Of a DNA stretch of 29,344 bases, positions 14,540 to 23,308 are shown piece by piece; the stretch's first letter is position 1, and each line of letters begins with the position of its first letter. Under the pieces are notes generated by a model. It ran no database searches and was not told the DNA's origin. It saw only the letters and a program-made list of their open reading frames with translations. Where the stretch lies: the IMG/VR virus record IMGVR_UViG_3300003323_001383. One strand, written 5' to 3'. Source of the DNA: a virus. The translations under genes and the position numbers were made by a program.

Positions 14540-14601
14540 CCTAGTGGCTCAGGTGCTGCGTTGCCAACGCAGATACGCGGGTTCGATTCCCGCCGCCCGC
14601 A
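14530..14601 (+). tRNA. tRNA-Gly(GCC)
   Basis: acceptor gcgggcg/cgcccgc, anticodon arm ctgcg-ttGCCaa-cgcag, T arm gcggg-ttcgatt-cccgc; its 5' end overlaps the last codons of the REC gene. Confidence 0.85.
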
Positions 14602-14617
14602 CCGGTAGCGTGCAGTC

Positions 14618-14953
14618 ATGGGAGCAGGATTCTCGGAGCGAGACCTTGGCCGGGTCCCGGGCCTTCCGGAGGTCCGCCTCCTCCTCGTGGGCCGCCCGCT
14701 GAAGGACGGGACCCGAGAGATGACGCTGACCATGAGGAACGTCCAGTCCAGGGACGTGTGCAAGGCCGTGGAAGGGAGGATAGTCATGGACCCCATTCCG
14801 GGGACGGACGGCCTGAGCGACGCCGAGAGGCTGGCGCTCTCCGTCCTCCCGCACTCGGCCGCCCTGAGGAGCGACTTCCCGTCCCTCCTCCGCGACCCGT
14901 TCTGGCAGGCCGCCATCGACGTCCTGCTCGTCGAGCACGTCATGGAGTCGTAG
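14618..14953 (+). CDS. hypothetical protein (111 aa); C-terminus ...LLVEHVMES
   Basis: ends gtcatggagtcgtag. Confidence 0.55.
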   Translation: MGAGFSERDLGRVPGLPEVRLLLVGRPLKDGTREMTLTMRNVQSRDVCKAVEGRIVMDPIPGTDGLSDAERLALSVLPHSAALRSDFPSLLRDPFWQAAIDVLLVEHVMES

Positions 14954-15055
14954 ATCCCGGCCGGCCCGGCGTAGGCTGGGGGATGACAAGAGGATCCTTC
15001 CACGAGAAGGGCCGGAACCCGTTCCGGTGAGCCCCTGATGCGCGAGGAACCCTGC

Positions 15056-15694
15056 ATGAAACGACTGATCCTAGCCGCTATCCTTTTCCTCCTCCCCGTT
15101 CCGGCCCTGGCCCAGGTCCCCGCCGGGACCTGCTCCTCCTACAGCCTGACCGACAGCTTCGAGGGCTCGTCCGCCAGCCTGTGGTCGCCCTGGAACTCCT
15201 CCTCGACCGGCAGCATCCGCCTGGGAACGACCTCGTCGGCACGGACGGGCTCGTCCGCCGCCCTGATGAGCTTCAACAGCCGGGAGCCGCTGGGAGGGTT
15301 CCTGGTCATCGACAAGCTCTTCAACGTCGGGTCCACGACCACCAAGGCGCGGATGCCCCGCCATGGTTGCCTGGAGCCGACCTTCCCTCCGCCCTCGGGG
15401 CCGCCGAAGTTCTGCATGGCGAGCGCCTGGATCCGGTCCGCCGGGGCCGGCGCTGCCGGGGCGGTCCAGATCATCGACCCGGACACGTGGACCTACCGGG
15501 CCAGTCAGTCCTTCAACATCGTCGGCAGGCCCGGGTGGACCCAGGTCGTGACCCCGGTGTCCACCCAGTTCTGCGACCGTGACGTGGTAGCCCGGGTCGT
15601 GCTGTCCCGGGACTCGACGACCTCCGAGGCGATGGTCGTGGACGACGTCCAGATAACCTGGTTCTTCGGCCCGTCGGGCACGCTTCCCCCATGA
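15056..15694 (+). CDS. secreted Ser/Thr-rich protein with an N-terminal signal peptide
   Basis: MKRLILAAILFLLPVPALAQ signal-like N-terminus (ATG at 15056); mature part S/T/G-rich. Confidence 0.65.
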   Translation: MKRLILAAILFLLPVPALAQVPAGTCSSYSLTDSFEGSSASLWSPWNSSSTGSIRLGTTSSARTGSSAALMSFNSREPLGGFLVIDKLFNVGSTTTKARMPRHGCLEPTFPPPSGPPKFCMASAWIRSAGAGAAGAVQIIDPDTWTYRASQSFNIVGRPGWTQVVTPVSTQFCDRDVVARVVLSRDSTTSEAMVVDDVQITWFFGPSGTLPP

Positions 15695-15725
15695 GACAGA
15701 CCAGGGAGGTACGGTCCTCCCTGAT

Positions 15726-15797
<72 letters not shown>

Positions 15798-15805
15798 CCG
15801 TAACG

Positions 15806-15876
15806 GCGACGTGGTCGAATGGCTCAGGCTCCGGACTGCAAATCCGGCCACGCGGGTTCGATTCCCGCCGTCGCCT
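15806..15876 (+). tRNA. tRNA-Cys(GCA)
   Basis: acceptor ggcgacg/cgtcgcc, anticodon arm ccgga-ctGCAaa-tccgg, T arm gcggg-ttcgatt-cccgc. Confidence 0.75.
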
Positions 15877-15878
15877 CG

Positions 15879-16277
15879 ATGGACGCAGACTCCGAGCTCC
15901 AGAGGCACCACAAGGCATCGAGGGACGCCCTCGCGGTCGTCCGGGCCGTCCACGCGGCCCTCGACCGCCCGCTGTCCGGCGGGCCGTCGCGGGAGTCCAC
16001 GCAGGCCATCCTGGACGCCGCGCGGAGGGCCGTCCCGCGCCAGGCGGTCCCGCACCCGTGCACGGTCCGGTGCTGGCGCGTCGGCGCCCCGTCGGGCCTC
16101 GACGAGCGAGGGAGGTGCCTGGAGTGCGGGTCCCCCGGCGTCAGGAGCGACAAGGAGGAGTACGAGAGCCTCGTCTCCCCGGAGGTCGTGGCGAGGCTCT
16201 GCGAGCAGCTCATGCTCTTTCGGGACGCCGTGGAGCACCCGGCCGTCCTCGCCGCGGCGGCGGTCGGCGCCCTCTAG
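15879..16277 (+). CDS. hypothetical protein (132 aa) with a CxxC pair (CLECGSPG)
   Basis: ATG 3 nt after tRNA-Cys; its stop overlaps the stop of the convergent phosphatase gene. Confidence 0.5.
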   Translation: MDADSELQRHHKASRDALAVVRAVHAALDRPLSGGPSRESTQAILDAARRAVPRQAVPHPCTVRCWRVGAPSGLDERGRCLECGSPGVRSDKEEYESLVSPEVVARLCEQLMLFRDAVEHPAVLAAAAVGAL

Positions 16278-16930
16278 CGGGAGACGGCGTACGCGGCCCG
16301 GAGGCGCTTGTAGTCGTCGTTTGGCGCGCCGGCGGAGGTCGAGGAGTCGGCGACGGAGCAGGCCTCCGGGAACGGGACGCCCTTGTTCACGAGATAGCTC
16401 GTGTGAACGGCCCCGGTCCGGTCGGCCCCGAGGGTGCAGTGGACGAACACGGCCTTAGGGAGGCCGGACTGGTCCGCCATCACGGACGCCACCGTCTCGA
16501 CGAGGCCGGAGAGGTCCCAGCCCGGGGACGTCAGGTAGACCTTCGGGTCCTCGCCCTCGGCGAACCCCTCGATCGGCCACCAGTAGAACGTGGCGGGGAC
16601 GGACTTCCCCTCCGTCCTGAGGATGCACTGCTCCCCGTTCCTCGGGTCCCATCCGGGCTGGAGGTAGGGCGGCCAGTAGGAGGGAGAGGGGGCGCCGATG
16701 CCGAAGGCCGACATCTCCGGCCCGAGCATGTAGGCCTCCCCGACGCAGTCGATGAGGCTGAAGACGACCACCTCCCGCCCGGCGAGAGGGACGCCCGAGG
16801 CCGACTCGAGCTCGTCGAGGGCGAAGGAGTAAGGGTCCCCGACGAGAGGCATGCAGCTCCGGACCAGGGCGTTCCCGCCGACCGTGTCCACGTGCTTCAC
16901 GCGGTCGGGAAAGAAGACTTGTCTCGTCAT
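16274..16930 (-). CDS. Cys-based protein phosphatase (dual-specificity / PTP-like, CX5R)
   Basis: VHCTLGADRTGAV matches the HCxxGxxR(S/T) P-loop; start chosen at MTRQ. Confidence 0.7.
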   Translation of the reverse strand: MTRQVFFPDRVKHVDTVGGNALVRSCMPLVGDPYSFALDELESASGVPLAGREVVVFSLIDCVGEAYMLGPEMSAFGIGAPSPSYWPPYLQPGWDPRNGEQCILRTEGKSVPATFYWWPIEGFAEGEDPKVYLTSPGWDLSGLVETVASVMADQSGLPKAVFVHCTLGADRTGAVHTSYLVNKGVPFPEACSVADSSTSAGAPNDDYKRLRAAYAVSR

Positions 16931-16948
16931 GACGCCATCAGACAATAA

Positions 16949-17025
16949 AGCCCCCGTAGCCTAGCGGATCCAGGCGCTCGTTTTCTAAACGAGGTCACAC
17001 GCTGGTTCGAGTCCAGCCGGGGGCA
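16949..17025 (+). tRNA. tRNA-Arg(TCT)
   Basis: acceptor gcccccg/cgggggc, D arm gcct-agcggatcc-aggc, anticodon arm ctcgt-ttTCTaa-acgag, T arm gctgg-ttcgagt-ccagc. Confidence 0.85.
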
Positions 17026-17029
17026 CCAC

Positions 17030-17102
17030 GTCCCGTTCTTCTAGAGGCCCAGGAATCTGCCCTCTCAAGGCGGCAACGCGGGTTCGAATCCCGCACGGGA
17101 CG
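17030..17102 (+). tRNA. tRNA-Glu(CTC)
   Basis: acceptor gtcccgt/acgggac, anticodon arm ctgcc-ctCTCaa-ggcgg, T arm gcggg-ttcgaat-cccgc. Confidence 0.8.
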
Positions 17103-17108
17103 CCCCTT

Positions 17109-17182
17109 ACCGGGGGAGCCAGCTAGGCGACGGCGCCTCTCTTACAAGGAGGAGATGGCGGGTTCGAACCCCGCACCCGGTA
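17109..17182 (+). tRNA. tRNA-Val(TAC)
   Basis: acceptor accgggg/acccggt (one mismatch), D arm gcc-agctaggcgac-ggc, anticodon arm cctct-ctTACaa-ggagg, T arm gcggg-ttcgaac-cccgc. Confidence 0.7.
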
Positions 17183-17187
17183 CTCAC

Positions 17188-17259
17188 GTCCCCGTAGTCT
17201 AATGGACAGGCACATCGCTACGAACGATGTATATGCAGGTTCGAGTCCTGCCGGGGACG
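17188..17259 (+). tRNA. tRNA-Arg(ACG)
   Basis: acceptor gtccccg/cggggac, anticodon arm catcg-ctACGaa-cgatg, AT-rich variable loop tatat, T arm gcagg-ttcgagt-cctgc. Confidence 0.85.
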
Positions 17260-17275
17260 CTGTAACGTCAGACGG

Positions 17276-17512
17276 ATGACGAGAGAGGAAAGGGTCCGCG
17301 TCCTGCTCGGGGACGGCGGCTCCCGCTGCAACAAGATGCACCTGGCGGCCGGCTGGGGCTTCGAATGGAGATGGGAGGGAGAAGGGCCGGAGAAGAACGG
17401 GACGATGCGAAGCCGCATGCTGTTCCTCATCGACGGGGAGTGGAGGAGGGCCAAGAGCTGGGACGAGGACGTCCGGCCGCTCCTCAAGGACTTCAAGGCT
17501 CCCGTAGCCTAG
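17276..17512 (+). CDS. hypothetical small protein (78 aa); 3' end overlaps tRNA-Arg(CCG)
   Basis: ORF only; the 15-nt overlap with the tRNA makes the stop position doubtful. Confidence 0.3.
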   Translation: MTREERVRVLLGDGGSRCNKMHLAAGWGFEWRWEGEGPEKNGTMRSRMLFLIDGEWRRAKSWDEDVRPLLKDFKAPVA

Positions 17513-17569
17513 AGGATCAGGCACCGCCCTCCGAAGGCGGCTAGGCAGGTTCGAGTCCTGCCGGGAGCG
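17498..17569 (+). tRNA. tRNA-Arg(CCG)
   Basis: acceptor gctcccg/cgggagc, D arm gcct-agaggatc-aggc, anticodon arm ccgcc-ctCCGaa-ggcgg, T arm gcagg-ttcgagt-cctgc. Confidence 0.85.
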
Positions 17570-17583
17570 CGTAGGATCGCAGG

Positions 17584-17847
17584 GTGCGGTGCCTCATCGG
17601 ACGATGCCGGAGGAAGGTGTCCCGTTGGTGGAGGATCGACTCCGCCGACGGGACCTTTCTCACCGCGTCCTGCGGCGTCTGCGGCCCCATCGTCAGCACG
17701 AGCGTCCTCGACAGCTCGGGGGTGACGGCGGTGAGGGAGATAGAGTACGGGGACTTCCTGGCCGCCGAGGTCATGGAGGCGGAGCCCGTCCTCGTGGGGA
17801 GCATCCTGGTCGGGAACGGCCGGATCATGTACGGGCCCCAGCCGTAG
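17584..17847 (+). CDS. hypothetical small protein (87 aa) with an internal AEVMEA motif
   Basis: ORF only; competes with an overlapping frame (17589..18053). Confidence 0.3.
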   Translation: MRCLIGRCRRKVSRWWRIDSADGTFLTASCGVCGPIVSTSVLDSSGVTAVREIEYGDFLAAEVMEAEPVLVGSILVGNGRIMYGPQP

Positions 17848-17876
17848 GTGCCTTTCCTCCCGGCGTACGGTTGGGT

Positions 17877-18053
17877 ATGGACAAGGTCATCGGCGAGTGC
17901 TCCCAGTGCGGTGGCAGGGTCATGTCGAACGGCGTGTGCTCCAACTGTAAGGCGACCGTCAAGCGCCAGCTCCCCGTCATCGAGACGGAGGGAGGCGACG
18001 ACCCGTCGGCGCAGCCCGGGGGCGGCCGCGTCCAGCAACAGTGGGAGCGCTGA
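17877..18053 (+). CDS. small zinc-ribbon protein (CxxC...CxxC, 58 aa)
   Basis: MDKVIGECSQCGGRVMSNGVCSNCKAT has two CxxC pairs. Confidence 0.4.
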   Translation: MDKVIGECSQCGGRVMSNGVCSNCKATVKRQLPVIETEGGDDPSAQPGGGRVQQQWER

Positions 18054-18080
18054 CTCGGGCTCTCATCGAAAGGGCGGGAC

Positions 18081-18287
18081 ATGCAGGAAAGAGGGCGGAC
18101 AGGATGCGGATGCATCCCGGGCGAGGTGTGCTGCGACGCGGCCACCGAAGCGTCGAGAAGGCTGAGGGACCTCCTCCCAGAGGCCCTGAAGAATGGGGAC
18201 TGGCGAGAGTTCGACCGGGTCCGTTCATGGCTCACTCAGCACCATTTCGGGTTCGTCAGGCTCACCGGGACCCACGGCCCCGGGTGA
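18081..18287 (+). CDS. hypothetical small protein (68 aa)
   Basis: ORF with an ATG start; no recognisable motif. Confidence 0.3.
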   Translation: MQERGRTGCGCIPGEVCCDAATEASRRLRDLLPEALKNGDWREFDRVRSWLTQHHFGFVRLTGTHGPG

Positions 18288-18328
18288 GGAGGCGAGGCCG
18301 ATAGACCCCATGTAAGGTCTCCGAGGAT

Positions 18329-18784
18329 ATGGCGGAGATCCGGAAAGCGTTGACGAAGAGGTACGTCGTGGATCCGAAGCTCCTCCCGGAGCTCGGGCCC
18401 GGCAGGACCGTGGTGACCGGCTACATGTCGGACGACCCGTCGGTCAGGCTCCGGGCGACCGACACAGGCGCCTGGATCCAGATATGGAGGCCGTCGGACG
18501 CCTCCCGATACTTCGAGTATCAGATACCCCTGGAGGAGGCCGAGTCCATGATGGAGCTCTGCTTCCGGCGCACCGCCAGGACGACCTGGGAGGTCAGGCA
18601 CGGCGGAATGACGTGGAGGGTGTGCGAGTACTCGGGGAGGCACGCCGGACTCTGGACCGCGTTCCTCGAGCTCGACACGAGGAGCACGGGCTACGAGGAG
18701 CCGCCGTGGGCCGTCAAGAACGTGAGCGGGGACCGTCGCTTCACGGACGAGGGGCTCTCGCGCCTGCAGAGGACGCCCTCCTGA
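18329..18784 (+). CDS. hypothetical protein (151 aa)
   Basis: ATG-initiated ORF with a balanced composition; the N-terminal AEIRKAL weakly resembles the CYTH EIERKF motif, so no family call is made. Confidence 0.5.
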   Translation: MAEIRKALTKRYVVDPKLLPELGPGRTVVTGYMSDDPSVRLRATDTGAWIQIWRPSDASRYFEYQIPLEEAESMMELCFRRTARTTWEVRHGGMTWRVCEYSGRHAGLWTAFLELDTRSTGYEEPPWAVKNVSGDRRFTDEGLSRLQRTPS

Positions 18785-19017
18785 GGCTCTGCGGGACCAA
18801 GGGCTGCGGCGCCGAGGCCGTGCGCTTCTTCCTCATGACGGGGGCGATCAAGGTCCTCGCGATGACGTGCGAGGACTGCGCCCGGTTCACGGGGCCCGAG
18901 TACACGCCGGTCACGGTCCTCGTGGAGGAGATCGGGGAGGGCGAGCTCGCCGTGCTCGAGGTCATGGAGATTGAGACGGTGCGAGGCTGGACGCCGGGGG
19001 CGCAGCCTCGCACCCGA

Positions 19018-19088
19018 TAGGGAGTCGTCTAAAGGCAGGACATCGAGCTTTGGACTCGCGAATGGGGGTTCGAGTCCCTCCTCCCTAA
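19018..19088 (+). tRNA. tRNA-Gln(TTG)
   Basis: acceptor tagggag/ctcccta, D arm gtc-taaaggcag-gac, anticodon arm tcgag-ctTTGga-ctcgc (top pair mismatched), T arm ggggg-ttcgagt-ccctc. Confidence 0.6.
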
Positions 19089-19089
19089 C

Positions 19090-20535
19090 TCATGGCGGAA
19101 GACGGCGGTTCCTTGCGATCACGCTGTCTTCCTGAAGGGTCGCCTCCTCGTCGTAGTCCTCGTCGTCGACGTCCGGTTCCTCCACGTCCTCGGGCTCCTC
19201 GTCCTCGGGCTCCTCGTCTTCGTCGTCCCCGTCGTCGCTCTCGCCGTACAGCGCCTCGTGCCTGGCGATCTGCGTCATGCAGATCTCGGCCATCCGGAGG
19301 CGGAAGTCCCGGTTCGCCTCCCACTGGCCTTCCTGGCTCCCGTTGGAGGTCGGCGACCACTGGCCGTGGAGGATGGACCCGTAGACGGTGCTCACGTAGG
19401 CGAACTCGGCCATGTCGATCACGTAGGCCGCCATCTCCGCTTCGTTCTTCGCGAGGGAGAGGCCGAGGGAGAAGGCCTCCCGGAGGCCGAACCCGGTCGT
19501 CCCCTCCCGGCCATAGATCCCCCTGGAGAAGGCGTTGGAGTGGTCGTACGTCTCGTGGAGCCTCAGCTCGGCGTAGGCCGCGCGCAGCTCCTCGCGCTTC
19601 TCCGGGTCGATGGCCGTCTCCTCGATCTTCCTCTCGATCTCGGCCTTCCTCTTCATGGAATCGAGGGTCTTCTCCAGGAGCTCCAGGGCGTCGCCCTTCA
19701 TCCGCTCGAAGGTCATAGTCCCGATCTTCGTGGAGAGGAGGACCTGCCAGACGTCCTCGCGGATCATCGCCTGGGATGTGGGGCGCGGCTCGACGATCCA
19801 GGCCCTCTCCTTTCGGCCGACGGGACTGCCGACGTAGACGTCCTCTCCCGGCAGGGCGGCGACCAGTATCTCGGCCGGGCTCGCGTAGTTCCCGGTCCCG
19901 ACGGTGATCATGGCCGCGTACCCGGCGGCCTTGATGGCCTCGAGCGCCGCGTCGAGCTTCCCGTCCGGGGAGTCGTAGCGCGAGTACAGGTCGAGGCGCA
20001 CGCGGACATACCCGCTGGAGACCTCGTCCACCATGTGGCCGGTGCCGCGCTCCTCAGAGTGGAGGGGTAGGCCCGCCTTCTCGAGGGCGGCGCGGATCCT
20101 CCGCACTGACGGGATTCCGGGCTTCGGCTCGTACCTGTCGGGGTCCCACTCGACGTGGGAAGGGAAGGAGTCGGCTATGTTGACCCTGCCCTCCCAGAGG
20201 GCCGTCAGCCAGGCCTTCCTCCCCATGTCGGCCCGGACCTCCACGTCGTGCGAGGAGTTGTCGCCGGGGCCGCGCTCGACGCAGCACCTCCGCAGGGCCT
20301 CGAAGAAGGCGCGCGTGGTCAGGGTGTCGTCGAGGCTCTTGAGTTCGACGGTCCCGTAGTCGTTGTACCGCCCTCTGACGGGCACCCCGTGCGGCTGCCA
20401 CCGGCTGTCGACGTAGCAGTGGTGGGCGTTCCCCTCCGGGGAGGTCGCCGAGCGCTTGAGTGCAAGGAAGCGGACCCTGTTGCCGGACTCCACGGAGAGC
20501 CCGGACACCAGGCATACCTGATTAAATGATCCCAT
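19090..20535 (-). CDS. hypothetical protein (481 aa) with a poly-acidic C-terminal tail
   Basis: ATG at 20535; C-terminus DDGDDEDEEPEDEEPEDVEEPDVDDEDYDEE. Confidence 0.65.
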   Translation of the reverse strand: MGSFNQVCLVSGLSVESGNRVRFLALKRSATSPEGNAHHCYVDSRWQPHGVPVRGRYNDYGTVELKSLDDTLTTRAFFEALRRCCVERGPGDNSSHDVEVRADMGRKAWLTALWEGRVNIADSFPSHVEWDPDRYEPKPGIPSVRRIRAALEKAGLPLHSEERGTGHMVDEVSSGYVRVRLDLYSRYDSPDGKLDAALEAIKAAGYAAMITVGTGNYASPAEILVAALPGEDVYVGSPVGRKERAWIVEPRPTSQAMIREDVWQVLLSTKIGTMTFERMKGDALELLEKTLDSMKRKAEIERKIEETAIDPEKREELRAAYAELRLHETYDHSNAFSRGIYGREGTTGFGLREAFSLGLSLAKNEAEMAAYVIDMAEFAYVSTVYGSILHGQWSPTSNGSQEGQWEANRDFRLRMAEICMTQIARHEALYGESDDGDDEDEEPEDEEPEDVEEPDVDDEDYDEEATLQEDSVIARNRRLPP

Positions 20536-20540
20536 CTTTG

Positions 20541-20568
20541 GCCTTTTCCGCCGCTACGCAGCGGCGGA
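20541..20568. promoter_or_regulatory. near-perfect 26-28-bp palindrome tttccgccgc-tacgca-gcggcggaaa between two minus-strand genes
   Basis: 10-bp GC-rich stem read directly from the sequence; not followed by a U-tract in either orientation. Confidence 0.35.
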
Positions 20569-20580
20569 AAGGACGTACGC

Positions 20581-21036
20581 TCAGTCGCTCATCACCTGGT
20601 TGACGATCAGGAAGTTGTGGACGAACTCGGCGAGGTCCTTCGCCTCCTTGACGCCGAAGAGCCGGTGCTGGGGGCAGACCACGAAGTTCAGGCGGTCGGC
20701 GATCCTCACCAGGCGGGGGAACGTCGTCCGGGAGTTCGCCCCCTTCTTCGGGAGGGGCTGCTCCTTCCAGTTCCTCCCCATCGTCCTCCACGTCCCCTCG
20801 GGGACGGGGCTGTCCGGAGTTGTCAGGTGGGAGTAGGACCACCGGATGTGGACGGTGCGGCTCGTGGCCTTCAGGAACCCGAGCTCCACGGAGTGCTCCT
20901 CCTCACGGACTATCCCGTCGGAGCCGACGACCTTGGCCGTCACGATGACGGTCTTGTCCCATCCGTCCCCCGTGAAGGACGGGGTCCCGATGGAGATCCT
21001 GTAGGGGACGTCGCTCGCCTTGAGCTCCGGCCTCAT
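20581..21036 (-). CDS. hypothetical protein (151 aa); C-terminus ...FLIVNQVMSD
   Basis: minus-strand end caggtgatgagcgactga encodes QVMSD*; the start overlaps the upstream gene's stop (ATGA). Confidence 0.55.
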   Translation of the reverse strand: MRPELKASDVPYRISIGTPSFTGDGWDKTVIVTAKVVGSDGIVREEEHSVELGFLKATSRTVHIRWSYSHLTTPDSPVPEGTWRTMGRNWKEQPLPKKGANSRTTFPRLVRIADRLNFVVCPQHRLFGVKEAKDLAEFVHNFLIVNQVMSD

Positions 21037-21368
21037 TCCTCGGGCTCGTCCGGGCGCGCGTCGATGCCGTGCTCCTTGAGGGCCGACGCGAGCTTCCGGA
21101 CGCCGGCCGTCGCCGCGTCGTAGGCTGCCCTGTCGTCGGGGCGGGCGATGAGGTCCTCCTTCGCCCTGGCGATGTCGGCCAGAGATCCGGACTCCATCAG
21201 GGCGTCGCGGGCCCTCGACCACTCGGCGCTCCCCTGGATGTGCCCGAGCTTCTCCAAAGGGGTGGTGAAGACCCGGTCCTTCCACCTGAAGAACTTTGCG
21301 CGGAGGGAGTCTCCCTCCCTGAGCTCGGCCTTGGTCTCCTCCCAGCTTTTGTCGGACATGGCCGACAT
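21033..21368 (-). CDS. hypothetical protein (~110 aa from MSAMSDKSWEE)
   Basis: coding-like Lys/Glu/Arg-rich segment; the longer upstream extension is an Arg/Pro-rich GC artefact. Confidence 0.5.
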   Translation of the reverse strand: MSAMSDKSWEETKAELREGDSLRAKFFRWKDRVFTTPLEKLGHIQGSAEWSRARDALMESGSLADIARAKEDLIARPDDRAAYDAATAGVRKLASALKEHGIDARPDEPEE

Positions 21369-21376
21369 TACGCTTC

Positions 21377-21460
21377 GCCGCCGTGGCAGGAACGGTAGAC
21401 GCGGATGGCTTAAAACCTTCTGCCCTCGCGGGCGTGCCGGTTCGACTCCGGCCGGCGGCA
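21377..21460 (+). tRNA. tRNA-Leu(TAA)
   Basis: acceptor gccgccg/cggcggc, D loop ...ggtagacgcg, anticodon arm gatgg-ctTAAaa-ccttc (one U-U), long variable arm tgccc-tcgc-gggcg, T arm gccgg-ttcgact-ccggc. Confidence 0.8.
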
Positions 21461-21477
21461 CCGACGCTCGCTCTCTC

Positions 21478-21559
21478 GCCGTCGTGGTGGAACTGGCAGT
21501 CACAGCGCACTCAAAACGCGCCGCCTCAGGGCGTGCGGGTTCGACTCCCGCCGACGGCA
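21478..21559 (+). tRNA. tRNA-Leu(CAA)
   Basis: acceptor gccgtcg/cgacggc, D arm gtgg-aactggcag-tcac, anticodon arm gcgca-ctCAAaa-cgcgc, long variable arm, T arm gcggg-ttcgact-cccgc. Confidence 0.8.
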
Positions 21560-21840
21560 CGAAACCTGGCCTTCCGGAACTCCTCGACCTTCTGCTTGTT
21601 CCGCCACCCCCGGACCTTCTTCCGCGAAACGCGGAGCTCGGACGGGTCGTAGGCGTAGCGCAGGAGGCTGGGGATCCAGTAGACGTCGACCTCCGGGCCG
21701 TAGACGCCGTTCCCGAAGTAGGCCGGCCCGACCACGATCCCGGAGCAACCTCCGAACTCGGCGACGTGCTCCCGGGACCCGTTGGCGCGGAAGGCCTTCC
21801 GGAGGGAGGCGGACATGCGGACGACGGTCCCGGGGGTCAT
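21526..21840 (-). CDS. hypothetical protein (104 aa); its 3' end overlaps tRNA-Leu(CAA)
   Basis: minus-strand ORF with an ATG start; overlaps the downstream gene by ATGA. Confidence 0.4.
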   Translation of the reverse strand: MTPGTVVRMSASLRKAFRANGSREHVAEFGGCSGIVVGPAYFGNGVYGPEVDVYWIPSLLRYAYDPSELRVSRKKVRGWRNKQKVEEFRKARFRAVGGSRTRTP

Positions 21841-22073
21841 TCCGGGTCGAACTCGAGATAGGAGTAGACCGCCACGGCCCCGTCGTCGTGCTTGACGAAG
21901 TACAGGTCGCCCCCGGCGCCGCCGACCGCATCGAGGACCTGGCCGGAGGCCCCGTTCTTCCGGGCGGCGACGAGGTCGGCCCCGCCGATCATGCCCATCG
22001 TGGCGTTCTTCTCGAAGCAGTCCACGGTCCGCACGCGGACGCCCCTCTTCAAGATTTGGCTCGGCTGCTCCAT
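21837..22073 (-). CDS. hypothetical small protein (78 aa)
   Basis: minus-strand ORF, Gly/Ala-rich; coupled to the previous gene. Confidence 0.4.
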   Translation of the reverse strand: MEQPSQILKRGVRVRTVDCFEKNATMGMIGGADLVAARKNGASGQVLDAVGGAGGDLYFVKHDDGAVAVYSYLEFDPE

Positions 22074-22149
22074 GCCGAGGAATACAACGACGTTAGCCCG
22101 ACTTTCGCGGAGGGAAAGTCAAGACAGTAACATAGACAGGCAGGAACCG

Positions 22150-22668
22150 ATGAGAACCCTTCTTCTGACCCCGTGGCTCTTCCCGCACAAGGTCCTCTCC
22201 TGGGAGGACGCCGTGACCCTCGTCTACCGGGGGAAGGTCGACGTCCTGGTCGAGTACGGCCAGGAGGTCTCCTCCCCGTCCGTGACGTGGAAGGTCCCGG
22301 CGGTGCTGCGCCTGCGCAAGCCCATCGGGCACATGCGGAGGGGCGTGAAGTTCTCCCGACTGAACGTCTTCACCCGGGACAAGTTCCGGTGCCAGTACTG
22401 CGGGGAGAAGTTCTGCTTCGACGACCTGACCTACGACCACGTCATCCCGGCCCGCCTCGGCGGCGAGAAGGACTGGGAGAACATCGTGACGGCCTGCAGC
22501 CCCTGCAACAACAGGAAGGGCGGCAGGACCTGCGACCAGGCCAGGATGTGGCCGCTGAACTGGCCGAAGAAGCCAGAGTCCGTCCCGGCGACCGGCCCCC
22601 TGATCAAGAGGGACGGTATCCCCGAGGAGTGGCAGGGCTTCTGCGACGGCCTCATACACATCACGTGA
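22150..22668 (+). CDS. HNH endonuclease
   Basis: CQYCGEKF...LTYDHVIPARLGG...NIVTACSPCNNRKG: HNH core with flanking Cys pairs. Confidence 0.8.
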   Translation: MRTLLLTPWLFPHKVLSWEDAVTLVYRGKVDVLVEYGQEVSSPSVTWKVPAVLRLRKPIGHMRRGVKFSRLNVFTRDKFRCQYCGEKFCFDDLTYDHVIPARLGGEKDWENIVTACSPCNNRKGGRTCDQARMWPLNWPKKPESVPATGPLIKRDGIPEEWQGFCDGLIHIT

Positions 22669-22689
22669 AACGAGTGTACCCTGAGGGAC

Positions 22690-23214
22690 ATGGGCGCAAC
22701 CGGCTATAACCCCCTTCAACAGATGGTCCCGTCCGGGCCGTCGGGTCCCTTCGGGATCCCTGTCGTCATGAAGGCATTCCCGGAGGAAGGACACGCCGTC
22801 CTGGAGGAGCTCGTCCTGACGGACAGGCTGAAGGTCCTCCTGAAGGCCCGGGCGAGATACCAGGCCGTGGGCTCCCTTCAGTTCATGCCGAGCGCCTCCG
22901 CCGTCCTCGTGGAGAGGAGGGAGGACGGGACGACGAGCGAGAGGGAGATCGCCAGCATGACCATGCCGGAGATCCTGGGCCTTCCCTCCACGTCGCTGAT
23001 GTGGCAGAACATCGTCCTCTACCTGGAGACGGCCCACAAGCTCTCGGTGAAGGAAGACAAAGGCAAGATACGGGACGCCTGCGCGGCGGCCGGGAAGGCG
23101 GCGATGAAGTTCACGGCCACCCTCATGGCGGACGTCGCGATGGGCGTCCTGAACGACGAGGATATGGCCGAGGCCAAGGACTCGGCAGTAGTGTTGCAGG
23201 TCATGGAGACCTGA
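22690..23214 (+). CDS. hypothetical protein (174 aa); C-terminus ...VVLQVMET
   Basis: ends gtcatggagacctga. Confidence 0.55.
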   Translation: MGATGYNPLQQMVPSGPSGPFGIPVVMKAFPEEGHAVLEELVLTDRLKVLLKARARYQAVGSLQFMPSASAVLVERREDGTTSEREIASMTMPEILGLPSTSLMWQNIVLYLETAHKLSVKEDKGKIRDACAAAGKAAMKFTATLMADVAMGVLNDEDMAEAKDSAVVLQVMET

Positions 23215-23220
23215 GAGAAC

Positions 23221-23302
23221 GGAGCGTCCTGCTGAAGGCTGGCAACGGGACTGGAAATCCCGGGGGACCGAAAGGTCGGTGGTTCGATTCCACGGCGCTC
23301 CG
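23221..23302 (+). tRNA. tRNA-Ser(GGA)
   Basis: acceptor ggagcgt/gcgctcc, D arm tgc-tgaaggctg-gca, anticodon arm cggga-ctGGAaa-tcccg, long variable arm gggacc-gaaa-ggtc, T arm ggtgg-ttcgatt-ccacg. Confidence 0.8.
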
Positions 23303-23308
23303 CGAAGG

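Noticed and set aside
18783-19020. Small ORF with an internal LEVMEIE motif ending inside tRNA-Gln
   Set aside because: No ATG start in a plausible position and the frame is ambiguous. The VME motif is internal, not C-terminal, so it was not counted with the tagged family.
20541-20568. Intrinsic terminator call for the palindrome
   Set aside because: No U-tract follows the stem in either orientation; recorded as a regulatory candidate instead.
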